Positions 55,065 to 64,000 of a stretch of DNA of 64,000 nt are shown here, piece after piece. This DNA is from a virus (taxonomy: Duplodnaviria; Caudoviricetes): IMG/VR virus record IMGVR_UViG_3300042314_000891, positions 21,799 to 85,798 of that record; one strand, written 5' to 3'. The notes beneath the pieces are model-generated. The model had not been told where the DNA came from. It worked only from the letters and a program-made list of their open reading frames with translations, and searched no databases. The translations under genes were made by a program, and so were the position numbers. Within the stretch, counting starts at the first letter, position 1; the number at the start of each line of letters is the position of its first letter.

Positions 55065-57548
55065 ATGAGGAAACTATTTTTATTATCAATTCTGTTACTT
55101 TCACATCAAATTTTCTCTCAAAACCTTTCAGGTAAAGTAAAAACAAACAAAGAAGAACTTATAGGTGTAACAATTTGGCTTACCAATGATACAACAAATA
55201 AGAAAGTAGGAACAACATCTGATATTGAATCCAAATATCAATTTACCAATATAGCAAAAGGAAAGTATTCAATCAAAGCATCTTTCGTTGGATACAAAGA
55301 ATACACTAAAGATATTACAATTGATACTACAACTAACCTTGATATTCAGTTAGAAGAAGATACGAAAGTATTACAAGAAGTTGTAGTAAAGCAAGTAGCA
55401 AAGAAAGAAACTGCAACTGCACTTATCAACACACTTAAAGCATCTTACATTGTAGCAGATGGTTTATCAATTGAATCCATAAAGAAAACACCAGATAGAA
55501 CTGTTGGAGATGCACTTAAAAGAGTAAGTGGTGTAACAATCCAAAACGATAAGTTTGTTTTAGTTAGAGGTTTAGCTGATAGATACAACTCGGCTCTACT
55601 AAACAAATCAATCTTACCATCAACCGAACCCGATAGAAGGGCATTCTCATTTGATATTATCCCAACATCACTTATAGATAATATCATCATCAACAAAGGA
55701 GCATCTGCAAACCTACCGGGTGATTTCGCAGGAGGTTTAGTACAAATAACAACAAAAGAAGTTAGTGGTGATTTCTTTAATATATCATTGGGAGGAAGCT
55801 GGGGTTCATTATCAACAGGACAGGATTTTAAGTTGGTAGACCCTATACAATTCCCAACATCATTCCCATCAACAAACACATATAGAATTGCTGGATTAGG
55901 TGATAGGAGAGCATACACTAAACTAATAGGTTCACCACAAACCGAAACATCAACATCTATTCCAAACTTAAATGGTAACTTATCATTTGGTGTTGTGAAA
56001 AACAAATGGAACATCTTATTCAGTTCAACTGCAAGAAACACATACTCTGCTAATACAACTGAAAGAATAGATTACCAATCATCTACCGAATTAGCATACA
56101 ACTATAAAGACCTAAATTACTCAAATGTACAATCATTAAACGGATTATTAAACATAGTGTATTTGGGAGAGAATCGTTATAGTTGGAAAACACTTGCTAA
56201 CTACCAAAACGAAAAATCATTTTTAAGTAGAGTTGGTGAAAACTATGATAATGTTCAGTATGTAGATAGTAAATCATCTAACTCAATTCAAAAGTTAGTA
56301 TTCAACACACAATTTGAAGGTAAGTTTAAAACATTAGATTTTAATCTAGGGTACAATCTTATGTTGAGAGACCAACCCGATTATAGAGTAACACCTTATA
56401 TATCATCTTTATACACATCAACTCCCTACTCAATAGCATGGAGAGATACCTATCGTTTTTGGAGTGTAATGGATGAAAACTCATTCAATGGGGGATTAAA
56501 CAAATCCATAGGAGATATTCGTTTAGGAGTGGGTTATTTAAAGAAATTGAGAAACTTCAAAGCAAGAATATTCAGATACGAATCAACTGATTTGTTAAAT
56601 GAGATTACAAACAACACCGATAGATATACTGCCGATTTTGATTTGGCAAACGGATATGTAATGTATGAAAAAGAAATTGATAACCTAAAATTAAACACAG
56701 GTTTTAGAACGGAATATAATTTATTCAAAGTTCAAACATCGGATTTCGGTGGACAGAGGATTTCAGTAGATAGAGAATATTTGGATATACTACCATCATT
56801 AAACGCAACATATTCAACATCGGAAAAAACAAAGGTTAGATTATCCGTAAGTAAAACATTAGCAAGACCAGAGTTTAGAGAGGTAGCTAATTTTGCGTAT
56901 TATGACTTTGTTAGAAACGCACAACTATTAGGAAATCCAAACTTACAAAAAACGGATATATTCAATTCAGATATAAAGTTCGAGTTGTATCCTAAATCAG
57001 GTGAGAATATATCAATCGGTTTCTTTGGTAAAAAGTTCTTCAATCCAATTGAGCAAGTTGTAGCAGATGGTTCAGTTCCATCTAATTTATTACTAACATA
57101 TAAAAACCCAAAAGAAGCATTGGTATATGGAGTTGAGATTGAACTTCGTAAAAAAATAAATGATTGGATAGATTTATATTCAAACACATCGTTTATCAAC
57201 TCGGAAGTACAAATCGGTTCAGTAAAAAGACAATTGCAAGGACAATCAAACTATGTAGTAAATGGTGGATTGAACTTACATAAAAACAACAATACATTCA
57301 ACATATCATACAATAGAGTTGGAGATAGAATATCAGCAGTAGGATTTCAAGGATACCCTGATATATTTGAAAACTCTCGTGATGTAGTTGATATTGTTAT
57401 TCTTCGTAAAATTAAAAACGGAGAAATTAAATTAGCAGTATCGGATATATTCAGACAACCATTTGAGTATTACCAAAAACCAAATAGAACTTTAATTAAA
57501 ACAAACAACGAAACAACAGTTTCACTAACACTAAATTACAACCTATGA
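55065..57548 (+). CDS. TonB-dependent outer-membrane receptor
   Basis: Signal peptide, CarboxypepD-like N-domain 'ASFVGYK', plug 'DALKRVSGV..VRGLADRYN', barrel 'ARPEFRE', 'GNPNL'. Confidence 0.92.
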   Translation: MRKLFLLSILLLSHQIFSQNLSGKVKTNKEELIGVTIWLTNDTTNKKVGTTSDIESKYQFTNIAKGKYSIKASFVGYKEYTKDITIDTTTNLDIQLEEDTKVLQEVVVKQVAKKETATALINTLKASYIVADGLSIESIKKTPDRTVGDALKRVSGVTIQNDKFVLVRGLADRYNSALLNKSILPSTEPDRRAFSFDIIPTSLIDNIIINKGASANLPGDFAGGLVQITTKEVSGDFFNISLGGSWGSLSTGQDFKLVDPIQFPTSFPSTNTYRIAGLGDRRAYTKLIGSPQTETSTSIPNLNGNLSFGVVKNKWNILFSSTARNTYSANTTERIDYQSSTELAYNYKDLNYSNVQSLNGLLNIVYLGENRYSWKTLANYQNEKSFLSRVGENYDNVQYVDSKSSNSIQKLVFNTQFEGKFKTLDFNLGYNLMLRDQPDYRVTPYISSLYTSTPYSIAWRDTYRFWSVMDENSFNGGLNKSIGDIRLGVGYLKKLRNFKARIFRYESTDLLNEITNNTDRYTADFDLANGYVMYEKEIDNLKLNTGFRTEYNLFKVQTSDFGGQRISVDREYLDILPSLNATYSTSEKTKVRLSVSKTLARPEFREVANFAYYDFVRNAQLLGNPNLQKTDIFNSDIKFELYPKSGENISIGFFGKKFFNPIEQVVADGSVPSNLLLTYKNPKEALVYGVEIELRKKINDWIDLYSNTSFINSEVQIGSVKRQLQGQSNYVVNGGLNLHKNNNTFNISYNRVGDRISAVGFQGYPDIFENSRDVVDIVILRKIKNGEIKLAVSDIFRQPFEYYQKPNRTLIKTNNETTVSLTLNYNL

Positions 57549-58747
57549 AAAAATTATTAGTATTGTTCGCAAGTTTAACAATGTTTGCATGTTCCAAAGA
57601 TTTAGGTGGAGATGTAGCACCTGTAAATGTACCAACATCAACAACTTTGAGTGGTAATATCACATCAACTACAACTCTTACATCGGATAAAGAGTGGGTA
57701 TTAAAAGGATATGTTTATGTAACCGATGGTGCTAAACTTATCATTCAACCTGGCACAACAATCAAATCTGATATAAGTGAGAAAGGTGCATTGTGTATTG
57801 AAAGAGGAGCACAAATTGTAGCAGAAGGTACTGCATCAAAACCAATCATATTCACATCTGGTAGACCAGTAGGTGAAAGAACTCCTGGTGATTGGGGTGG
57901 TATTGTGATATTGGGTAGAGCAAAAACCAATAGAACATCAGAACCAACTATCGAAGGTGGTATTGGTAGAGCGTTTGGTGGAACAAACGATTTAGATAAT
58001 AGCGGTATCTTAAAATATGTTCGTATTGAATACGCAGGTATTGCTGCAATGCCAAACTCTGAAATCAACGCATTAACATTGGGTGGTGTTGGTAGTGGAA
58101 CAATCATTGAGAATGTTCAAACTATCTACGCTAATGATGATGCATTTGAGTTCTTTGGTGGAACTGTAAATGCAAAAAACTTATACGCATACGGAACTGC
58201 GGATGATGATTATGATTTTGATTTTGGATATAGAGGTAAAGTATCTAATTCAGTTTCTAAAAGAGACCCACAATTTGTAGATAATGGCGATGCAGGAAAT
58301 GGTGTAGAGTGTGATAATGATGGTACAGGTTCAACCGCAGAACCATTCACACATCCTATTTTAGATAATATGATTTTAGTTGGACCAAACGATGTGGCAT
58401 CTTTACCAAACCATAATTTAGCAATGAGATGGAGAAGAGCAACTCAATTTGAAGTATATAATTCTACAATCATTGGATATATGAAAGGTGGTTTCTCAAT
58501 GGAAAGTAATGAAACTGCACAATTCTACAAAGATGGTGTAAGTAAGTTTCAAAACAATAAAATTGGTTCATACAACTTATTAAACTTTATCAGTAAGGCA
58601 ACTACCATTATTACATCGGATGCAGTTAAAACAAAAGCATTAAGTGAAGGTAATACTGAAATAACTTTAACTGCAGCTGAAATTGAAACTTTATCTAAAC
58701 CAACTTGGACAGCAGGTTGGACTAAATTCCCAACGAAAGGAAACTAA
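57545..58747 (+). CDS. Beta-helix lipoprotein partner of the TonB receptor
   Basis: Lipobox 'MFAC'; 'GDWGGIVILG', 'YVRIEYAG', 'GVGSGT', 'DDAFEFFGG'. Confidence 0.75.
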   Translation: MKKLLVLFASLTMFACSKDLGGDVAPVNVPTSTTLSGNITSTTTLTSDKEWVLKGYVYVTDGAKLIIQPGTTIKSDISEKGALCIERGAQIVAEGTASKPIIFTSGRPVGERTPGDWGGIVILGRAKTNRTSEPTIEGGIGRAFGGTNDLDNSGILKYVRIEYAGIAAMPNSEINALTLGGVGSGTIIENVQTIYANDDAFEFFGGTVNAKNLYAYGTADDDYDFDFGYRGKVSNSVSKRDPQFVDNGDAGNGVECDNDGTGSTAEPFTHPILDNMILVGPNDVASLPNHNLAMRWRRATQFEVYNSTIIGYMKGGFSMESNETAQFYKDGVSKFQNNKIGSYNLLNFISKATTIITSDAVKTKALSEGNTEITLTAAEIETLSKPTWTAGWTKFPTKGN

Positions 58748-58748
58748 A

Positions 58749-59462
58749 ATGAAAGATAAATTAACTATCATCATTCCATCAAAAAACGAAAGCGATACTT
58801 TATATGATTGCTTACAATTTTTGTATAATCAAACGGATATAGATGGTGTTAGAGTTATAGTAGCAGATATATCGGATGACCCGTATTCGGTTGGTATCTT
58901 ATATAAGGCAAGAAGTTATTTCAAAGATAAATTAAAAATTGAAGTAATAAAAGGTGGGTATCCATCGGAGGGTAGATTGGCAGGTTCTAAACTTGCCACT
59001 ACTCCTTACATTCTTTTTTTAGATGCAGATGTAATGGTTATGAATACCAATCTATTAAGTGATATATTCAAAAAATTAGAAGCAAAGAAAATACAATTAT
59101 TAACTACACCATTTAAAACTGCAAAAAGATGGGATTGGGTATTTCGTATTTTTGATATATTCCAATGGTTGAGTGTAAAGATAAACACACCATTCGCAGT
59201 AGGTGGATTTCAGTTATGGGATAGACAAGCATATTGGTATGTGGGTGGATATGTAAAAGATGAATTGTTTGCGGAAGATTATTCACTTTCATCAAAATCA
59301 AATCCAAAGTATTTCCATATTCATAAAACAAAAGGAGTTTGGACATCACCTAGAAGATTTGAAAAGAAAGGTGTATTCTATATGGTTTCTTTAATGATAC
59401 AAAGTTACATCAACAGAAATAATCCTGAATTTTTCAAACAACATCACAATTATTGGACTTAA
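58749..59462 (+). CDS. Family 2 glycosyltransferase
   Basis: 'IIIPSKNE', DxD 'FLDAD', 'AEDYSLS', 'TSPRRF'. Confidence 0.85.
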   Translation: MKDKLTIIIPSKNESDTLYDCLQFLYNQTDIDGVRVIVADISDDPYSVGILYKARSYFKDKLKIEVIKGGYPSEGRLAGSKLATTPYILFLDADVMVMNTNLLSDIFKKLEAKKIQLLTTPFKTAKRWDWVFRIFDIFQWLSVKINTPFAVGGFQLWDRQAYWYVGGYVKDELFAEDYSLSSKSNPKYFHIHKTKGVWTSPRRFEKKGVFYMVSLMIQSYINRNNPEFFKQHHNYWT

Positions 59463-59558
59463 TATGGGTACTATATTTCCTTTTCTTTTTGGATTCGCAG
59501 TTGTTATAGCAGGTTGTATTGTTATGATGATTGTAGACCAAATTTCTAAAAAAAGATA

Positions 59559-60272
59559 ATGTATAAATACATAATCGCATCCGATTTACATTTAGGTACA
59601 AAACATAGTAAAGCAAAGGAGTTCTTACAATTCATAGAAGAAAACCCCTGCGAACAACTTATTCTCAATGGGGATATAGTTGATGGGTGGGCATTACAAA
59701 GAGGAACTAAATGGAGAACATCTCACACAAAGGTAATTGCTAAACTAATTAAATTATCTACAAAACAAAAGGTAGTTTGGATAAGAGGTAATCACGATGA
59801 TTTTCTAAAAGATTTTACGGGTACTAATTTGGGTAATATAAAAATCAGAGAAGATTATATTATCACCGCAGATAAAAGATACTTTATATTTCATGGAGAT
59901 ATTATAGATGTTTTTATTACAAAATACAAATGGTTATCACAAATAGGAGCATTTGGATATGATTTTGCTTTATTGCTAAATGATGTGTATAATCGGTATC
60001 GTAAGTGGAGAAACCTACCATATTATTCAATCTCACAAAGAATAAAAGAGGGTGTTAAGATAGCAACAAACTATGTTAATGATTTCGAAACAACTGCAAT
60101 TAAAATGGCAAGTGATAAGATGTGTGATGGGGTTATTTGTGGGCACATACACCAACCTGCAGATAGAATGATTGGTAAAAAACACTATCTTAATTCAGGT
60201 GATTGGGTTGAGAATATGACAGCAATTTGTATAAAATTGGATAATACAATTGAGGTTAAATCTTTTAAGTGA
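59559..60272 (+). CDS. LpxH/PlcP-like metallophosphoesterase
   Basis: 'SDLHLG', 'GDIVDGW', 'GNHDD', 'HGD', 'CGHIH', 'NSGDWVE'. Confidence 0.85.
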   Translation: MYKYIIASDLHLGTKHSKAKEFLQFIEENPCEQLILNGDIVDGWALQRGTKWRTSHTKVIAKLIKLSTKQKVVWIRGNHDDFLKDFTGTNLGNIKIREDYIITADKRYFIFHGDIIDVFITKYKWLSQIGAFGYDFALLLNDVYNRYRKWRNLPYYSISQRIKEGVKIATNYVNDFETTAIKMASDKMCDGVICGHIHQPADRMIGKKHYLNSGDWVENMTAICIKLDNTIEVKSFK

Positions 60273-60302
60273 TATTTATATAAGTAGAAAATATCATAAT
60301 GA

Positions 60303-61901
60303 TTGAAAAAGTTAAGAATACTATTAAGTGTATTATTCATATTCTGTCTAGCTTTCAAAGCTAACGGACAAACAACATTTACACAAACATTCATAGATAA
60401 GTGCAGTGGTGAGGTAAAGCTTGCCACTACTACCTATGTCAATGGAAATGCCTTTGTATCATTCTATGACCAAATGAAAGTATTTACACCCGATGAAGTT
60501 CAAAGTGGTGCAATGCGAATTTGGTTACAATCGGTATATATTGCATACTCTAATAGAGGATGTGCTGTAACAGTAGTTCAACAAACAGTTCAACAAACAG
60601 TAAATCAGGCAGTTCAGCAAGCGGCAGCGGCGGCAGCAACGCAAGCGGCGGCGGCAGCTGCATCGAAAGCTGCGGAGGCGGCGGCTTCAGCAGCTGCATC
60701 GGCGGCGGCTTCAAAAGCGGCGGAGGCGGCAGCCTCAAAAGCCGCAGAAGAGGCGGCAGCAAAAGCGGCGGCAGAAGCGGCCTCAAAAGCTGCGGCAGCA
60801 GCTGCATCGGCGGCGGCTTCAAAAGCAGCTGGTTCGGCGGCGGGTGGAGCCGCATCATCGGCAGCTGGTTCGGCGGCTGGTGGGGCAGCTTCATCGGCAG
60901 CAGCTTCCGCAGTTCCACCCCCACCACCAACTCCATCAGCACCAACCCCATCCGCTCCTGCACCAGCAGCCAATAACACACCTGCGCCAGCAAGTGGTGG
61001 TTCATCACAAAGTGGGGGAGGAGGAGCTGCTCCAAAAGCCGAAGCAAAAGCTGAAGCAAAAGCAGAGGCAAAGGCTGAAGCTAAATCGGAAAGTAAGAGT
61101 GAATCCAAATCTGAATCTAAATCCGAATCAAAAGAAGAATCCAAATCAGAAAGTAAGAGTGAGGAAAAGAAAGAAGAATCTAAATCCGAATCTAAAAAAG
61201 AAGAAAAGAAAGAGGAGAAGAAGGAAGAAAAGAAAAAGGCTGCAATAATAAACCCATTACTATTTGCATCCGATTTAAGTGTAGTTCAATCCGATACTGC
61301 TAATTGGGATGCTATCATAACACTGGGTGTATCTCGTTCATCGGCAGCAGGTAATGTTAGTTATTCAGGAACATCTATGATATGGTCTAGCTTAAAGCAA
61401 TTTGCTTTGAGTGGTGGTATTACTAAAATGAACTTAAAGGATGGTGCATTAGTATCTATGAACTCCTATTCAGTTACTACTGCATATTTAAGTGGAACTT
61501 TAATGGGATTGGCTGGATTTACTTGGATTAAACCACATCCTAAATTTGGTGTATATGGTTACAATGTGGGTTTGGTTAATTTACTATCACCACAAGAAAC
61601 TGGTGGGTATTCGTATAGTATGAGTAGTTCAACAGTTGCGTTTTGGACTAAACCATATCAAATGAATAAAAAACTAACTCTATCACCACAGATATTTACA
61701 ATGATGCCAGGTGCTAATTGGGATACTTCAAATGGGGATATAAAAATGGGTAAAGACTTTGGATTTCTATTAGGAACATCCGTAGATTATAAATTATCCA
61801 AAAAGTTTGGTTTGAGTTTCAACTATAAGATAAATACATCAACTGCTTCAGGAGCACCTATATTAAGTAATTTCTTAATAGGTTCTAGATTAATGCTTTA
61901 G
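60303..61901 (+). CDS. Secreted protein with Ala-rich and Glu/Lys/Ser-rich linker and C-terminal beta-barrel-like domain
   Basis: Signal peptide ending 'ANGQ'; low-complexity region ~60570-61240; amphipathic beta strands at C-terminus. Confidence 0.7.
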   Translation: MKKLRILLSVLFIFCLAFKANGQTTFTQTFIDKCSGEVKLATTTYVNGNAFVSFYDQMKVFTPDEVQSGAMRIWLQSVYIAYSNRGCAVTVVQQTVQQTVNQAVQQAAAAAATQAAAAAASKAAEAAASAAASAAASKAAEAAASKAAEEAAAKAAAEAASKAAAAAASAAASKAAGSAAGGAASSAAGSAAGGAASSAAASAVPPPPPTPSAPTPSAPAPAANNTPAPASGGSSQSGGGGAAPKAEAKAEAKAEAKAEAKSESKSESKSESKSESKEESKSESKSEEKKEESKSESKKEEKKEEKKEEKKKAAIINPLLFASDLSVVQSDTANWDAIITLGVSRSSAAGNVSYSGTSMIWSSLKQFALSGGITKMNLKDGALVSMNSYSVTTAYLSGTLMGLAGFTWIKPHPKFGVYGYNVGLVNLLSPQETGGYSYSMSSSTVAFWTKPYQMNKKLTLSPQIFTMMPGANWDTSNGDIKMGKDFGFLLGTSVDYKLSKKFGLSFNYKINTSTASGAPILSNFLIGSRLML

Positions 61902-62056
61902 ATTCCTAAAACATCATCCATTTCTTCAATAACTTGTTTGGTAATATCAGTTTGACCAGCAAGGTTTAATCCTGCCATAGTAATACTAAATACCGCAGCC
62001 GAAACTACAATTGTTCCAATTGAATAAACTAATGCTTTTGTAAAAAATGTTTTCAT
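61898..62056 (-). CDS. Small membrane protein
   Basis: MKTFFTKALVYSIGTIVVSAAVFSITMAGL...; the only plausible minus-strand gene seen. Confidence 0.5.
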   Translation of the reverse strand: MKTFFTKALVYSIGTIVVSAAVFSITMAGLNLAGQTDITKQVIEEMDDVLGI

Positions 62057-62174
62057 ATAACCCCCGAATGTATATATAAATATATTAAAAAAATATTTTG
62101 GAAAAGACTTGACTTTCTTATTTATTTTGCGTACCTTTACTATGTAATAAAAGTTAAACATAAACAATAAAAAT

Positions 62175-62405
62175 ATGAGAAACGGATTAAGTATTTCAAC
62201 ATTAAAAGAAATTGAAGCAGAGTTTGGTGACTTTGAAATCAAACAAGTTTTTGGTGGTAGTTATGATGTGTTTTTCCGATTTGGTTATTGGAGAAGCGTT
62301 GATGTGGCTAAATTGCAGGACATCATCGGTGGTATGAATGAGGTGGTTGAAGATGCAGATTACGATGAGGATTGCGGATATTTATTTATGTATCGTCTAA
62401 AATAA
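62175..62405 (+). CDS. Hypothetical early protein
   Basis: Behind TTGACT...TACCTTTA unit. Confidence 0.65.
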   Translation: MRNGLSISTLKEIEAEFGDFEIKQVFGGSYDVFFRFGYWRSVDVAKLQDIIGGMNEVVEDADYDEDCGYLFMYRLK

Positions 62406-62495
62406 TTAAAAAATATTTGAGAAAAGACTTGACTTTCTCATTTATTTTACTTACCTTTATAGAGTAATAAGAGTTAAACATAAAACAACAAAGAT

Positions 62496-62726
62496 ATGAA
62501 CACAATTAGAGAGTATTATGTAGAGAATTTCCCAACCGATGATTTGGGATTAGAACTTAACGAAACCCCTACCTTTTCCGGCCTATTAAATCAACTGATT
62601 GTAAATGGTGATGTTTACCGATACATAGGTGTTACTGATAGTGTAATCAGAGAGAGATTGTTTGAAAGGTTAGCTGAAGAGCTTGAAGTGAGTTACGATT
62701 ATGTATATAACCTTTGGTTAAACTAA
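62496..62726 (+). CDS. Hypothetical early protein
   Basis: Behind repeated promoter/UTR unit. Confidence 0.65.
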   Translation: MNTIREYYVENFPTDDLGLELNETPTFSGLLNQLIVNGDVYRYIGVTDSVIRERLFERLAEELEVSYDYVYNLWLN

Positions 62727-62738
62727 AATATAAAAGTT

Positions 62739-62915
62739 ATGAAAAATTACCAATTTAATTACTACGGCTGGGTGCCAGGTTACAATGATTTCGATGATGA
62801 GCAAATCCTCATCACTGCTCCCACAAAAGAGGAGGCAATCCAAATCTTCAATTCCAGAAAGCGGTTCATCAAATACGGACCAGAAATTATTGAGTTAGAC
62901 ACTTTAAATAAATAA
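62739..62915 (+). CDS. Small hypothetical protein
   Basis: 58-aa ORF MKNYQFNYYGWVPG...ELDTLNK filling the gap; not in track. Confidence 0.55.
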   Translation: MKNYQFNYYGWVPGYNDFDDEQILITAPTKEEAIQIFNSRKRFIKYGPEIIELDTLNK

Positions 62916-62918
62916 GAT

Positions 62919-63158
62919 ATGAGTTACATAAAATTTGATAGACACGCCAATATGACTTCAACAACACGAGGTGAAATTATGGATATTTTAAAAGAGGTTG
63001 ATTTCAATACTGGTTTTGACCTTATGAATATGTTATACGGATTATTTGACGGCTACCTTTACGATGATTTACTTGAAGTAGCTAGAGGTGCAAAAATAGA
63101 TAAAGCACTTTACAATAGAATAGAAAATGTAGTTTCAGTTATTAAAAATTATTTATAA
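62919..63158 (+). CDS. Hypothetical protein
   Basis: 79-aa ORF in early operon. Confidence 0.6.
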   Translation: MSYIKFDRHANMTSTTRGEIMDILKEVDFNTGFDLMNMLYGLFDGYLYDDLLEVARGAKIDKALYNRIENVVSVIKNYL

Positions 63159-63176
63159 ACTTTAAAAGATAAAACA

Positions 63177-63629
63177 ATGGGATTAGACATGTATTTAGAG
63201 AAGCGTACCTATGTTAGACAATGGGAGCATCAAACACCGGAAGAGCAGTACAATGTAGAAGTAACCAAAGGTGGTCAACCTGTAAAGATTGACCCAAAGC
63301 GTGTTACTTATGTGATTGAAGAGATTGGTTATTGGCGAAAGCAAAACCAAATCCACCAATGGTTCGTTGAGAATGTACAGAATGGTGTAGATAATTGTGG
63401 TGAGTATTGTGTTAGTAAAGGTCAGTTGGAAGATTTGTTGGAAATATGTAAGAAAATCCTAAACGATAATTCACGCGCAGAGGAATTATTACCAACTGCA
63501 AATGGTTTCTTCTTTGGTGGAACTGAATATGATGAATGGTACTTTGATGGTATTGAAAACACTATTGAGATTTTAGAAGAAGCATTATATGATACGAGTG
63601 CTGACTACTATTACTCTTCATCTTGGTAA
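63177..63629 (+). CDS. Conserved phage hypothetical protein
   Basis: 'MGLDMYL', 'YWRKQNQIHQWF', 'LLPT..GFFFG', 'YYYSSSW' pattern familiar from many phages. Confidence 0.75.
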   Translation: MGLDMYLEKRTYVRQWEHQTPEEQYNVEVTKGGQPVKIDPKRVTYVIEEIGYWRKQNQIHQWFVENVQNGVDNCGEYCVSKGQLEDLLEICKKILNDNSRAEELLPTANGFFFGGTEYDEWYFDGIENTIEILEEALYDTSADYYYSSSW

Positions 63630-63630
63630 T

Positions 63631-63906
63631 ATGAAACGGATACTAACATTTTATACGATTATCATAGTACTAGGTGCTATGATTTTCGGAGCTTGTTCAA
63701 ATGACCCAATGTCAAAAGAACGATTGGGTAAAGATGATGGGTTTGAGGTAGAATACCTTTTTGAGAAAGATGGTGTAAAAATGTATCGTTTTTATGATGC
63801 ACCGCATTATCATTATTTTACAAGTAGAGGTGAAACTATAACAACACAAACAAGTGGTAGTGGTAAACACGAAACTCGTCACGAAGAAAACATAAAATCT
63901 TATTAA
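63631..63906 (+). CDS. Small lipoprotein
   Basis: Lipobox 'FGAC', 'VEYLFEKDGVKMYRFYD...HYFT'. Confidence 0.65.
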   Translation: MKRILTFYTIIIVLGAMIFGACSNDPMSKERLGKDDGFEVEYLFEKDGVKMYRFYDAPHYHYFTSRGETITTQTSGSGKHETRHEENIKSY

Positions 63907-64000
63907 TATGGAACTAACATTAGGAGATTTACAACAAATTGAATTGATTTGTGTAGAAGCATCTGCTTGGGGATTGCGAGATGAGGTAGTGGATGCAGCG

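Noticed and set aside
60550-61248. Several alternative-frame and antisense ORFs
   Set aside because: They arise from stop-poor low-complexity repeats in the 60303 gene.

Overview
AT-rich segment, almost entirely on the + strand, of a large lytic T4-like (myovirus-type) phage. The host is very probably Bacteroidota, because at least 12 host-type TTTG-N20-TAnnTTTG promoters are present. In order: tape-measure/baseplate genes (1-6.7 kb); a replication and nucleotide block (degenerate PolA, SSB, RecA, flap nuclease, helicase, NrdAB, PhoH, two Mom-like genes); small early genes and three 2OG-Fe(II) oxygenases; an 8.4-kb RNA island (tmRNA, an ~800-nt GOLLD-like RNA, about 27 tRNAs covering all 20 amino acids, several tRNA-like and orphan structured RNAs); PolB, clamp and clamp loader with DNA-modification candidates; a cluster of secreted/outer-membrane proteins; and a putative phosphate-starvation module (TonB receptor, lipoprotein, GT2, PlcP-like). 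The most striking observation is an unannotated 47-codon leader ORF (30379-30522) that uses 19 amino acids in its first 27 codons and overlaps a mutually exclusive antiterminator/terminator directly upstream of the tRNA array. It looks like a pan-codon attenuator that could switch on phage tRNAs when almost any host tRNA is depleted. All calls come from reading motifs by eye; no database searches or folding programs were run.
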